DNA of 32,000 bases from Candidatus Heimdallarchaeota archaeon (GTDB lineage Archaea; Asgardarchaeota; Heimdallarchaeia; Heimdallarchaeales; Kariarchaeaceae): NCBI GenBank assembly GCA_030149205.1, contig JASBSB010000006.1:60001-92000 (forward strand), written 5' to 3'. Below are positions 9,201-17,524 of the stretch, piece by piece. The notes under the pieces are model-generated. The model did not search any database. It worked only from the letters and a program-made list of their open reading frames with translations, and was not told the DNA's origin. Each line of letters begins with the position of its first letter. Within the stretch, counting starts at the first letter, position 1. The position numbers and the translations under genes were made by a program.

Positions 9201-9794
9201 GAAATCAGCCTTAATGTAATCTGGGTTAATCCATCTTAAGAAGAACATCACCTTTAAATCAAGGAGATCCCCATTCGTGAAATGAGCAATCTTCTCAGCC
9301 ATGGTAGGATATTTGTTTGCCTTTTCCTGAAGATAAGCATATCTTCCAGTTACAAACTGGGGGTTAATGTCGAAGAAAAATTGTAAAACAACAGATTTGT
9401 TTTCGGCACTCATTGCAGTCTCTTGCATTTTTGCAACCTGAATTCTTCTATCGTAAGCAACACCATTTGCGTAATCATCCATTTGAGAGAGAAGAGACGG
9501 TGTGAGGTTAATTGTTGCGTTCACCTTGGGATGATTTATCATTAGGTCTGCCATCCAGGGATATGAATTAGTAGAATGCATGTAGACCCAAGGTTGTTCA
9601 TATATCTTCGTTGTCGGATCCTGATAGTTCGGTTGGTGCTGATGCCAGATCAATGAAAAATAGACCGGTGTAACAGCTTGTTTACTGATCAGAATCGGTT
9701 CCGAAGTAGATCCTGCAATCGATCTATTCGTACTTGATGAGAACAAAAAAATCAGAATGAGGAATATTGGAATCAAATAATTTTTTACTTTCAT
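6270..9794 (-). CDS. apu: Cell-surface GH57 amylopullulanase with DOMON-like/glucodextranase-C domains, Ig-like domain and C-terminal membrane anchor
   Basis: Signal peptide MKVKNYLIPIFLILIFLF (ATG 9794; ORF track starts at TTG 9809). GH57 motifs WHQHQP, TPFYHPILPL, GMWPSE (nucleophile), ALDGENAWEHY (acid/base) and AEGSDWFWW. C-terminal DPAGD...FSHPLIQIYID...DPNVVDML domain and GGGFIP-TM-basic tail. Confidence 0.93.
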   Translation of the reverse strand: MKVKNYLIPIFLILIFLFSSSTNRSIAGSTSEPILISKQAVTPVYFSLIWHQHQPNYQDPTTKIYEQPWVYMHSTNSYPWMADLMINHPKVNATINLTPSLLSQMDDYANGVAYDRRIQVAKMQETAMSAENKSVVLQFFFDINPQFVTGRYAYLQEKANKYPTMAEKIAHFTNGDLLDLKVMFFLRWINPDYIKADFTLATLNNDIETSNSTGRFSHSNLDYVLTKGLDLLKSVVPKHNLAKNQGNLEIITTPFYHPILPLLINLTSARDSPGNGNLPLPKGNTGWVSDANAQIVKAVQYYKTKFGTLPTGMWPSEEAVSNDVVPLMNASGIKWFVSDQTVLQNSLGLSSLTPEQQYQMYKVKATNGTKSYEIASLYRDTALSDKIGFTYSGMDPAKAAQDFYNELKTRYNELQKAPAKTTPYIITVALDGENAWEHYSYDINGDGKNEYTGNIFRNDLYAKLEQAQTEGWLKTVTPTQFINTFGTKNLPVVNKLASGSWISGNLNTWIGEAEENNAWDWLIQTRTDLVNFEKANPTYNTTAAWESIYKAEGSDWFWWYGTDQNSGHDYVFDWGFKSFLRNVYVNIGYTNAQILAINPLLFLEQKPSISSSFPTKMTGYSIDGTKASGEWDGAYFINDTSVEFLAINYMRAGINSNTSNLLYEFDLESSSARSSSNDFMGLYFKNPQDSSGAIFPIGADKTNFSNTLGFQLNYAVTFQFNDSSLRYWKVVNGDWVLQSVVSGGLASYNSVLEMSIPLKFFNYTPGEFFSVRAVYSGFETDIAPQDGPAVFQVPFSGVNFNVVYSTTDPAGDEFGTYPKAPDFAPGHGLFDILDFKLGYDKNNFVASLKFSEITNPWNSPTGFSHPLIQIYIDKNRISGSGNTKPDQNPNVLISPDFAWETLVRADGFKQYGLYQNKTTFAGVSAIADTLEKTITIKAPLNIVGTPTQDWAYVVLIGSQDFSAFRERMTSASTWKLGGGDDGPYDPNVVDMLTPPGVDQTQLLSSYSVVKQQQAVMVGVGPKVSYSLDKTPPVVNILEPKANQAFTMNSSGKLSLTVKFNATDDVKVDHYDLFVGNVLTFNDHSLVSGINSVKLDISSSDVVNGKVSITINVYDSVKETTTNFGTAKVTILISTSSKPAGGGFIPFSTEGILIALFLLPVFQIIKRAKPHKKYL

Positions 9795-9944
9795 TTGGAA
9801 TTTCTCCAAGTATTAGACCCGATACAAATTGTGTAAATTTTAATCTTTAGGAATAACAATAATATTTTTGGATATTAGCACAACTATTTGTTTTTAAGAA
9901 ATTTAACAATTTGCGAAATTTTTCCATTAATTTTAGACACTATA

Positions 9945-9957
9945 TGACAATTTTCCA
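9945..9957. promoter_or_regulatory. Candidate sugar-regulon operator (TGGAAAATTGTCA on minus strand) upstream of apu
   Basis: One mismatch to TGRAAAWTTTYCA; recurs upstream of other alpha-glucan genes. Confidence 0.55.
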
Positions 9958-9977
9958 AAAATTTGTTAGATTCGCAA

Positions 9978-11348
9978 TTAATGAACAGAAAAATCATGGT
10001 TTTCAAGGCTAATACCTGATTTTTCATCAAATAGATGTGTTTGAGCACCAGAAAATCTGAAGTGGATTTCTGAACCAATTTTACGTGGTTTATGTCCAAT
10101 TTCACTTAATCTAACCTCTGAACCGAACAGATTGACAAAGATGATTGTAGAAGAGCCTATTGATTCAGTAAAGGTGACTGTACCTGTGATGGAATTAGAG
10201 TCTTTTATTGACAGGATTTCTACCTGTTCTGGACGAAATCCAATAATAACTTCGTTTCCAATGTGGTTTTCTAATAAATCTGGATTTGGATAATCGGATG
10301 GTATTTTGATGAAAGACCCCTCATTTACACGAATTAAAAGTTGTTTCCCTTGTTTGGTAAGTTCACCTTTAACAAGGTTTGTAGGAGGAGCACCAATAAA
10401 CCCAGCAACGAAGGCAGTTCGAGGTTTGTTATACACCTCGCTTGGTGTCCCTAGCTGTTCAATCACGCCTTTGTTCATAACTGCAATTCTATGCCCTAGG
10501 GTCATAGCTTCAACCTGATCATGGGTCACATAAAGTGTTGTTGTTTGTAACTTTGACTGTAATTCTGCTAATTCAGCTCTGGTTGAATTTCTTAACTTTG
10601 CATCAAGATTAGACAATGGTTCATCCATAAGAAATACCTTGGGGTCTCGAATTATGGCACGACCAACTGCAACCCTCTGTCTCTGACCTCCAGACAATTG
10701 CTTTGGCTTTCTATTTAACAGTTCTTCAATTTCCAATATTTCAGCAGTCTGTTTGACCCGTGTCTCAATCTCTTCAAGTTGGTTAATATAATCATGAATA
10801 CCAGGAATCCCAATCGAAAATTTTAACACAAAATACTCTATATTTTTTCTCAATTCAGGATAAACAATCCAAGCTATAACGAAGGATAATGTTATAGCTG
10901 AGAAGAAGACTACCCCAGGAGATCTTAAGATAAATGAATCTAAGATATAGCCAAACGCATAAAAAACCGAAAAGAGTAAAGTATAAGCCAAGAGTTTTAA
11001 CAAACTAACTATTACCTTTTGGGGGGTTGATAAGGTTAGATTCTTTAAACCGAAGGCTAAATTATCTCTGACTGTCATATGAGGATATAAGGCATATGAT
11101 TGAAACACCATTGCAATATCTCTGTCCTTAGGTGGTAATCTTGTGATATCATCGTCATCAACTGTGATTGTACCTGTGGTTGGTGTCTCTAGACCTGCTA
11201 ACATTCGGAGTGTTGTAGTTTTGCCACATCCTGAGGGCCCAACTAAGACCATGAATTCCTTATCAGTTATTTCTAAATTAAGATTTGACACTGCAGGTTT
11301 GTTGGTGCCAAACTGTTTTGTTATTTCATTAAATTTTACCTTTGCCAA
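9978..11348 (-). CDS. malK: Carbohydrate ABC transporter ATPase (MalK-like) with an inserted hydrophobic hairpin
   Basis: Walker A GPSGCGKT, Q-loop VFQSYALYPHM, signature LSGGQ, Walker B FLMDEPLSNLD, H-loop YVTHDQ and C-terminal TOBE region (GFRPE). TTG start preceded by SD AAGGTGA. About 85 extra residues at aa 104-188. Confidence 0.93.
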   Translation of the reverse strand: MAKVKFNEITKQFGTNKPAVSNLNLEITDKEFMVLVGPSGCGKTTTLRMLAGLETPTTGTITVDDDDITRLPPKDRDIAMVFQSYALYPHMTVRDNLAFGLKNLTLSTPQKVIVSLLKLLAYTLLFSVFYAFGYILDSFILRSPGVVFFSAITLSFVIAWIVYPELRKNIEYFVLKFSIGIPGIHDYINQLEEIETRVKQTAEILEIEELLNRKPKQLSGGQRQRVAVGRAIIRDPKVFLMDEPLSNLDAKLRNSTRAELAELQSKLQTTTLYVTHDQVEAMTLGHRIAVMNKGVIEQLGTPSEVYNKPRTAFVAGFIGAPPTNLVKGELTKQGKQLLIRVNEGSFIKIPSDYPNPDLLENHIGNEVIIGFRPEQVEILSIKDSNSITGTVTFTESIGSSTIIFVNLFGSEVRLSEIGHKPRKIGSEIHFRFSGAQTHLFDEKSGISLENHDFSVH

Positions 11349-11363
11349 AATAATTTCACCTTT

Positions 11364-12908
11364 TTATTTGATTCCACCACTGGTTATTCCTCCAGTTAAT
11401 AATCTCTGTAAACTCATAAATACAACCATGATTGGTAAGGCAGCTAATATACTAAAAGCGCTTAACAGTTGGAAGTAAGGAGGGTTATCAGGGGCGCTTG
11501 TGTTCTGATACAGATAGAACATTAATGGTAGAGAGGAAGATGGATTTTTCTCTCCAACAAAGATTTGAGCCAGAGCAAATTCGTTCCAAGCCCCTAAGAA
11601 TGTAAATATTGCAACTGCAACCATCCCAGGTGCTGAAAGTGGAATAGCAATTCTTAAAAACGCGCCTAGATCAGTTGAACCATCAATTAATGCAGCCTCT
11701 TCAAGGTCATAGGGTAAAGTATCAAAATATCCCTTCATCATCCATACATTATAGGCTAATGCGCCAACGAAATAAGCAAGTAGCAAGCCAGATAGTTTGA
11801 ATGTTCCCCCATCAATGTAGAACAGAGGAATAGAGAAGAGATAAATCTCTCGTCCTCCACCAAAAAAGCCGAGGTTTTTCCAAATAATAAACTGAGGAAT
11901 CAGCAGAATAATTCCAGGAAACATTTGAGTTGCAAGAACAAGAAATTTAGAAGTGTTTCTCCCTTTAAACTTGTATCTTGAAATTGCATAAGCAGCTGGA
12001 AGGGATATAAACATACCTCCGAGTGATGTCCCAAATCCTAAAACAAGTGAGATCATGAATGAGCTTGAAAATGAGGAGCTGTTGGGATTGATTATAAAAA
12101 TTACACTAGAATAATTTCTTACGAAGCTTCCCAATGGGTCACTTGGAACTATAGATTGTTTTTGAATGTCAACAGCATTACTCATTGAAAGGATTAATGT
12201 GTACACTATTGGCACCACGGTATAAATAAAAAATAAAATAAGGATCAAAAAAGTAAAAAGGCTGGTTAAAGAGAAGTTTAAATTTTGAAAGAGATTTTTC
12301 CTTGACTTATCTTGAATTTTTCCAACCTGATCTAATTTAAGATTTGACCTATACCTCTTTACCGACAAAACTGTCCCAATCATTGAAATGGAAAAAAGAA
12401 CCCATATATTGAGGTTTAATATTAGCTGAAAGAGTAGATCACGTTCAGAATAGGTAGCTGACATTGGTAGGGGAATACCCACAAACTGCCATGCGTGTGA
12501 ACTTAAGGAATTTAATTCATTCACCAGCCAGTTATTTGGAGTAATTTTATAAGATTCACCTGTCCAAAACGCAAGAAACCAGAGAAAATAACTAATGAGC
12601 ACCATGACCATAGATGGCTTTAACCCCTTACTATAATCCACCTTAAAATAGAAATAAAGAACGGAGATTGAAAAAATACCTCCCATAAGCGTCATTACAA
12701 TTAGATTACTGAGGATTTGGGGAACATATACATCAGTAGGATAATCTCCCCTTGGAAAGAGAGGAGGGGGTGAGGTCCACTGTCCTACAATATAAGTAAC
12801 TCGGTTCCATATCTTTAGCTGAAAATTCCAAAATGCCCACATGAACATCATTGCAGTAAATAAAATTGTTAAAAAGGAAAACAATTCCCCTTTGCTTCTA
12901 TCAGTCAT
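11364..12908 (-). CDS. malG: Carbohydrate ABC transporter permease MalG-like with about 200-aa N-terminal membrane extension
   Basis: AAYAISRYKFKGR, QMFP and EAA loop YFDTLPYDLEEAALIDG; start overlaps the malF stop (GAGGAGG SD, ATGACTGA). Confidence 0.9.
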   Translation of the reverse strand: MTDRSKGELFSFLTILFTAMMFMWAFWNFQLKIWNRVTYIVGQWTSPPPLFPRGDYPTDVYVPQILSNLIVMTLMGGIFSISVLYFYFKVDYSKGLKPSMVMVLISYFLWFLAFWTGESYKITPNNWLVNELNSLSSHAWQFVGIPLPMSATYSERDLLFQLILNLNIWVLFSISMIGTVLSVKRYRSNLKLDQVGKIQDKSRKNLFQNLNFSLTSLFTFLILILFFIYTVVPIVYTLILSMSNAVDIQKQSIVPSDPLGSFVRNYSSVIFIINPNSSSFSSSFMISLVLGFGTSLGGMFISLPAAYAISRYKFKGRNTSKFLVLATQMFPGIILLIPQFIIWKNLGFFGGGREIYLFSIPLFYIDGGTFKLSGLLLAYFVGALAYNVWMMKGYFDTLPYDLEEAALIDGSTDLGAFLRIAIPLSAPGMVAVAIFTFLGAWNEFALAQIFVGEKNPSSSLPLMFYLYQNTSAPDNPPYFQLLSAFSILAALPIMVVFMSLQRLLTGGITSGGIK

Positions 12909-14400
12909 TTAATTCCTCCTCAGGAAAAGTCATTTGGTATGCTTTAGAAAAAAGCACAAGTATAATAAACACCACGAAACTTAATGCAGCTCCTGCGGCA
13001 AATTCTGGGCCACTCCCTAGACCCTGTTGAATTAGATAATAAATATAAGTTATAAATATATCATACCCCTTCCTATTTCCAAGACCAGTTTGATTCTGAG
13101 AGAGAATGTAGAATACATTAAAAAGATTAAAAGTCCATATCATTCCCAATAAGGCAACTGTCCTTAATGTCGGGATTACATTTGGGAAGGTAATATTTCT
13201 AAATTCTCCCCAAGCTGAAGCCCCGTCAATTCTGGCGGCCTCATATAGATCCTGGGGGATTGATTGAAGAGCTGCTAGGAACGACATCATCATAAAAGGG
13301 ATTCCTAGCCAGATATTAGTAAGTATGGCGGCAAGAAAAATGGTTTTAGTTGAATAACCTAATAAGTAGAAGTCTGAGCTGAAAAAGAATTTAGTTTTAA
13401 TATTATAGACCTTCACAACATCTGCTCCAAAAAATGGCATGCCTTTCATTAATGCAGATTGATTGTTAAGTATGGACAGTACTGTCAGAACAATAACCAC
13501 TAACAAGATTAGCGCTTGTTGAACTTTCTTGTTGACAGATCTATTAGATTTGGTGAATACAATCCAACCTATCACCGAAACTGTCAATATTAACAATCCA
13601 GTATCCAAAAACGACAAACGAATTTCAGAACCTGGAACGAATGTCTGAGCGGCTATTCTTCCTAATATACCGTTATCTTGGTTAAAGATGAAATTTCTCC
13701 AAACAAGAGCTGTGATAAATGAAGGTATTGCCCAAGGAAGGATAAAAGTAGCTCTAAAAAAAGTGCGTCCCGTAAATTTCTGGTTTAATAGGACTGCAAG
13801 GAATATCCCAAACAGAACATGGAAAAAGGTGCAAATTGCAGACCAGAGGAATGTATTTAACAGGATTCTAAGGAAATCTCCTATGATGAAGGGACTTGTG
13901 AAGATATTCTTATAGTTCGCAATAGCTAATGTGGTATTACTACCTGATAGAATAATAAAATTTAATCCAAATATTATGAAATAACTCATGAAAGTCATAT
14001 TTAAGAAAATAGCAATCAAAAACCTGTTCAAAAACTTTAGATCTGATAAGATTGAAATACGCTTTAACTGCTTAGTTGTGGTAATAGTTGTGATACTAAG
14101 AGTAATAGCTAGAATTACTGGGAGGAACCCAGCTCCAATTAAACTTGATATAAAGGTAGATAAGTCTACCATGTAGAGATTGTTAAGATCCATAAAATAT
14201 CCTGTGAGGTTTTCAGAAATGGCTATAAGTCCTGGGTTCCTGTAAAAACTCAATAACAGTGCAAATAAGATGGGAATATACACAAACAGGAAAATCAATA
14301 AGAATGAAGGGAAAAGAAAGAGATATGACAATCTTACCCTTCGATCAATATAAAGTGAACTAACAACTCTAGGTGATTGTTCTTTTTCAGATACTGCCAT
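12901..14400 (-). CDS. malF: Carbohydrate ABC transporter permease MalF-like with extra TM segments
   Basis: ANY..IF, NTFLWS, GRTFFR..FILPWAIP, NIWLGIPFMM and EAA loop LQSIPQDLYEAARIDGA. Confidence 0.9.
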   Translation of the reverse strand: MAVSEKEQSPRVVSSLYIDRRVRLSYLFLFPSFLLIFLFVYIPILFALLLSFYRNPGLIAISENLTGYFMDLNNLYMVDLSTFISSLIGAGFLPVILAITLSITTITTTKQLKRISILSDLKFLNRFLIAIFLNMTFMSYFIIFGLNFIILSGSNTTLAIANYKNIFTSPFIIGDFLRILLNTFLWSAICTFFHVLFGIFLAVLLNQKFTGRTFFRATFILPWAIPSFITALVWRNFIFNQDNGILGRIAAQTFVPGSEIRLSFLDTGLLILTVSVIGWIVFTKSNRSVNKKVQQALILLVVIVLTVLSILNNQSALMKGMPFFGADVVKVYNIKTKFFFSSDFYLLGYSTKTIFLAAILTNIWLGIPFMMMSFLAALQSIPQDLYEAARIDGASAWGEFRNITFPNVIPTLRTVALLGMIWTFNLFNVFYILSQNQTGLGNRKGYDIFITYIYYLIQQGLGSGPEFAAGAALSFVVFIILVLFSKAYQMTFPEEELND

Positions 14401-14532
14401 ATTCTAACAGAAATCTTGAGTACTTATTTTAAGAATTCCCCTATTACTTTGCAATTTGGGATGTTTTTTGAATTAATAAATTTATTTCTTTTTCTGATAT
14501 ATGCCTAATATTTTAAACCTAGTCCTTTGACT

Positions 14533-16014
14533 TCACTTTTTCTTTGATTTTCTTCTTTTAATGTCTTGAATCACTGGGATACTAACCAACAAAATAGGAA
14601 CCACTATGAATTGAAAATCTCCCGGGTTTATTGTTGATTTAGATGTAGGCGTACCAGTACCTCCACTTACTAAAATGTCGCTCCAAAACGTGGTAACAAC
14701 ATCAATAAATTGACTTAGTGTTTCATTTCCAGCTAAGTAATTATCAAGTTCAGTTCCAAAAACGGTTTCCAACTGAGCCCATTTTGGATCCACGGGATTT
14801 TTATATGCTCGATCTATAATTCCCTTTATAGCTTTAATATAAGTCCAAGCCGGGGAATTCGTCACTGCAGGGTCTTTAAACACAGATTCACGGGCAGGAA
14901 CATGGTAATAACTTATTGCAGCTTCTGCCATGGCATGAGCAGAACTCATAAATCTGGAGAATTTCATGGCTGCTTCAGCAACCGCACCAGTTGCCCTCTT
15001 GGTTATAACGTAAGCATGTCCACCTAAAGGTGCTCCCTCGTGTCCCTGTTCATCATGTGGTAACCTCATTATCCCTAGATTGGAAGCTGATGCCCAGGTT
15101 CTTGAGCCTGGTGCGGATTTATTGAATTCAGGGGCATTCGTTAGAAAGTTCTTTAACTCCCAAGGCCCCTGTTGAATAAATCCAACTTGTCCTGTGGTAA
15201 ACATAGGATTGATTGTACTCCACCCTTGTTGATCCCAAGGAGGAGTATATGGGGCTGTAACCACATCCTTAAGGAAGGTTAAAGCAGTTCTTGATTCTGT
15301 AGAGTTAATATCTATATTAGCAAATGAGACATTGTCATTCTTAAAAAATCGAGCCCCGTGTCCGTAATATATAGGCTGGGCTCCGAAAAACATTCCTTGC
15401 AATGTAAGCCCATAAACGGGTTTACCTTCAGGATTTTTTAACTGCTTATCCCAAATTTGTTTTGTATAGTTAGTGAATTGCGACCAAGTTAACGAGGTAT
15501 TTAGGGTAAACTTCGTTGTATTAATTCCTGCGTTCTCTAATGTATGTTTGTTATAAAACAGGGCGGGGACATCCACAAGTTGAGGCCATCCCCAAATCTG
15601 TTCGGTTCCTGATTTATCAGGGTAAGACACTAACCTCAAGGCATCTGCGATGAAATCTTTCTTATCGGTTGCATTCAGGTAGGGAGTAATTGGTTGAATT
15701 AGTCCCTGTTGGGCAAATTCCACCACCCAATCTCTTGCTGCCCTAAATACTGTAGGTTCCAACTGGGCACTAAATTGTGTCAGATACGTTTCCTTTGCAC
15801 TGAAAAAGCCCTTTGCCTCTGCTTTAACATTTATTGTGGGATTTGCTGTCTCAAATTCCTTAACTAAACGAAGAACACCTGGTTCTTCACTAGAGTTTTC
15901 AGTGTACCAAAATGTAATTTTTACTGTACTCGTTTGTGCGAATGTGCTACTTGGAAGTACAGAAAACATAAACATGAAAATCACTATAATTGGGAGAATT
16001 ATTTTTTTATTCAT
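14533..16014 (-). CDS. malE: Maltodextrin ABC transporter solute-binding protein, C-terminally anchored
   Basis: Signal peptide without lipobox; ITFWYTE, IWGWPQLVDVPALFYNK, FIQQGPW and LGGHAYVI motifs; S/T linker then PGDF-TM-KRRKSKKK; SD AGGAGG. Confidence 0.87.
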   Translation of the reverse strand: MNKKIILPIIVIFMFMFSVLPSSTFAQTSTVKITFWYTENSSEEPGVLRLVKEFETANPTINVKAEAKGFFSAKETYLTQFSAQLEPTVFRAARDWVVEFAQQGLIQPITPYLNATDKKDFIADALRLVSYPDKSGTEQIWGWPQLVDVPALFYNKHTLENAGINTTKFTLNTSLTWSQFTNYTKQIWDKQLKNPEGKPVYGLTLQGMFFGAQPIYYGHGARFFKNDNVSFANIDINSTESRTALTFLKDVVTAPYTPPWDQQGWSTINPMFTTGQVGFIQQGPWELKNFLTNAPEFNKSAPGSRTWASASNLGIMRLPHDEQGHEGAPLGGHAYVITKRATGAVAEAAMKFSRFMSSAHAMAEAAISYYHVPARESVFKDPAVTNSPAWTYIKAIKGIIDRAYKNPVDPKWAQLETVFGTELDNYLAGNETLSQFIDVVTTFWSDILVSGGTGTPTSKSTINPGDFQFIVVPILLVSIPVIQDIKRRKSKKK

Positions 16015-17392
16015 TGTTTCGCCTCCTTTTTCTAAGAAGTAATGCTACCGAAAATATTGCAAACAGCCCAGTTATAAATAGAAAACTTGGGCTTGATTTA
16101 GCCACACTATTTAGTGGTGTAAATTCTGGTAGATTCGACCAAGGTGAGCTTGGTGGAACCAACAATCTGAGAGCTATGTCTAAAGAGAGTGTGGTCCTTG
16201 GTGCGTTTTGATTTCGTTGAACAAATTTTGTCATCTGATTATTAAAAACATCGAGAACAGACAACCAAGCTGGGTCATGGGGCAGATCTAAAAATACGTT
16301 CATTGAAGTGTTTGCTACTTTTCCGAAATCAGTTGTAAGATCCAAAAATGATGTATTCACTGGTAAATATGATGCTTTTACCAAATTATCTTGTGTATTT
16401 TTGTTTCTCAACATTGCACTTATGGTTTTAACCAAAGGCATATCAGAGCTTTTTGCTTCAGTTGTAAGAAAAACAGAGTATGTTTCAACTGGAGCTGGAG
16501 CAGGCATTGGATATAATCCTAGATTACTCTTACCTGAAAATACTGTTCCCTTGGAAATATCATTGTATTTCAGTGATGAAGCAATGAGCATAGCAAGGGT
16601 CCCATTTGTCTTAAACAAGGATTCAGAACCACCATTCTCCTGAAGCGCCCAATCAGGTGCTGCTTGCTTGACATTTATTGTTTCATTGATGTTAGTTAAT
16701 GCAGCTAATGATGCATTACTATTCACAGAAAGATGAGCAACATCCACTGTGTTATCTTTGAACAAAGCACCCCCTAAACCATAAAACAGGGATAACATTG
16801 GATCTTGAACACTTTCAAAACCGACACCAAACACTTTTTTCAGAGGGTTGGATTGATCGTTTGATTGTACTGCTGCATCACTAAACTTTTTAATTGTATC
16901 TACACTGACCTTGTTGAGGTTTACTAAATCTTTATTTAGGTAAAGAAACTGAGTTGTCGAAGCAAAACCATATCCATAGAGCTTTACCGTGTTGTTTATG
17001 ATACTAGCAGTAGTTTTAGTGTTAGGAGATACTTCAAAAAAACTTGATCCACGATAAATTGATGGAAACACTCCCGCTTCACTCGAATTTGACACAACTT
17101 TAACAAGATTTCTTGTTGCAAGTTGAGGGAGTAAACTATCTGAAGTTATAAGAATCTTAGGGAGTGTCCCTAAAATTTTCTTTCTTACTAGATCATTTAT
17201 TAGCGAACTCTGTGAAACTGTTGTGATCTTGTAAGATGACCCAAGCGATGACGTCACAAGTGTCCCTAATGATTGGGGTACTGATACTATTATCTCAGTC
17301 TGAGATTGTGCTTGAGTGGGAATAACTGATAAGTTCATCCCAGCAGCTAATAATACTACCAGTACAACTGAAAAAAATAATTTTTGTTTCAT
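16007..17392 (-). CDS. Divergent MalE-fold solute-binding protein, C-terminally anchored
   Basis: Colinear similarity to the adjacent malE (LYGY..TTQFLYLNKDL; YGLGGALFKDN..SVNSNASLAAL; W..V..VF..QM..FV). ATG 17392 preceded by AAGGTGA (ORF track starts at GTG 17401). SPSF-TM-RKRRR tail. Confidence 0.7.
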   Translation of the reverse strand: MKQKLFFSVVLVVLLAAGMNLSVIPTQAQSQTEIIVSVPQSLGTLVTSSLGSSYKITTVSQSSLINDLVRKKILGTLPKILITSDSLLPQLATRNLVKVVSNSSEAGVFPSIYRGSSFFEVSPNTKTTASIINNTVKLYGYGFASTTQFLYLNKDLVNLNKVSVDTIKKFSDAAVQSNDQSNPLKKVFGVGFESVQDPMLSLFYGLGGALFKDNTVDVAHLSVNSNASLAALTNINETINVKQAAPDWALQENGGSESLFKTNGTLAMLIASSLKYNDISKGTVFSGKSNLGLYPMPAPAPVETYSVFLTTEAKSSDMPLVKTISAMLRNKNTQDNLVKASYLPVNTSFLDLTTDFGKVANTSMNVFLDLPHDPAWLSVLDVFNNQMTKFVQRNQNAPRTTLSLDIALRLLVPPSSPWSNLPEFTPLNSVAKSSPSFLFITGLFAIFSVALLLRKRRRNNE

Positions 17393-17511
17393 TATACTCA
17401 CCTTCGTGTTAAAAAAACATCTAGACTCACTTAAAAAAGTAATCGTTCTTATAACTGTGACCTAGGTGTCTTTTTGGATAAATTTGTAAGTTCAAATTTA
17501 TTTGATAATTT

Positions 17512-17524
17512 TGGAAAATTTACA
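17512..17524. promoter_or_regulatory. Candidate sugar-regulon operator (TGGAAAATTTACA) upstream of the SBP/mal operon
   Basis: One mismatch to TGRAAAWTTTYCA; overlaps the glgP stop; about 57 nt upstream of TATA-like GTTATAAG (17455-17448). Confidence 0.5.

Noticed and set aside
9902-9986. GCGAA (9913-9917) and TTCGC (9971-9975) half-sites resembling the MMPL operator
   Set aside because: Neither has a partner arm at the 6-bp spacing; likely chance.
9884-10105. 73-aa ORF between malK and apu
   Set aside because: Overlaps the malK 3' end in another frame and runs through the apu promoter region; low-complexity, AT-driven composition.
17479-17500. Inverted repeat TAAATTTG-TAAGTT-CAAATTTA downstream of glgP
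   Set aside because: AT-rich single occurrence; could be a terminator or an operator but cannot be told from chance.
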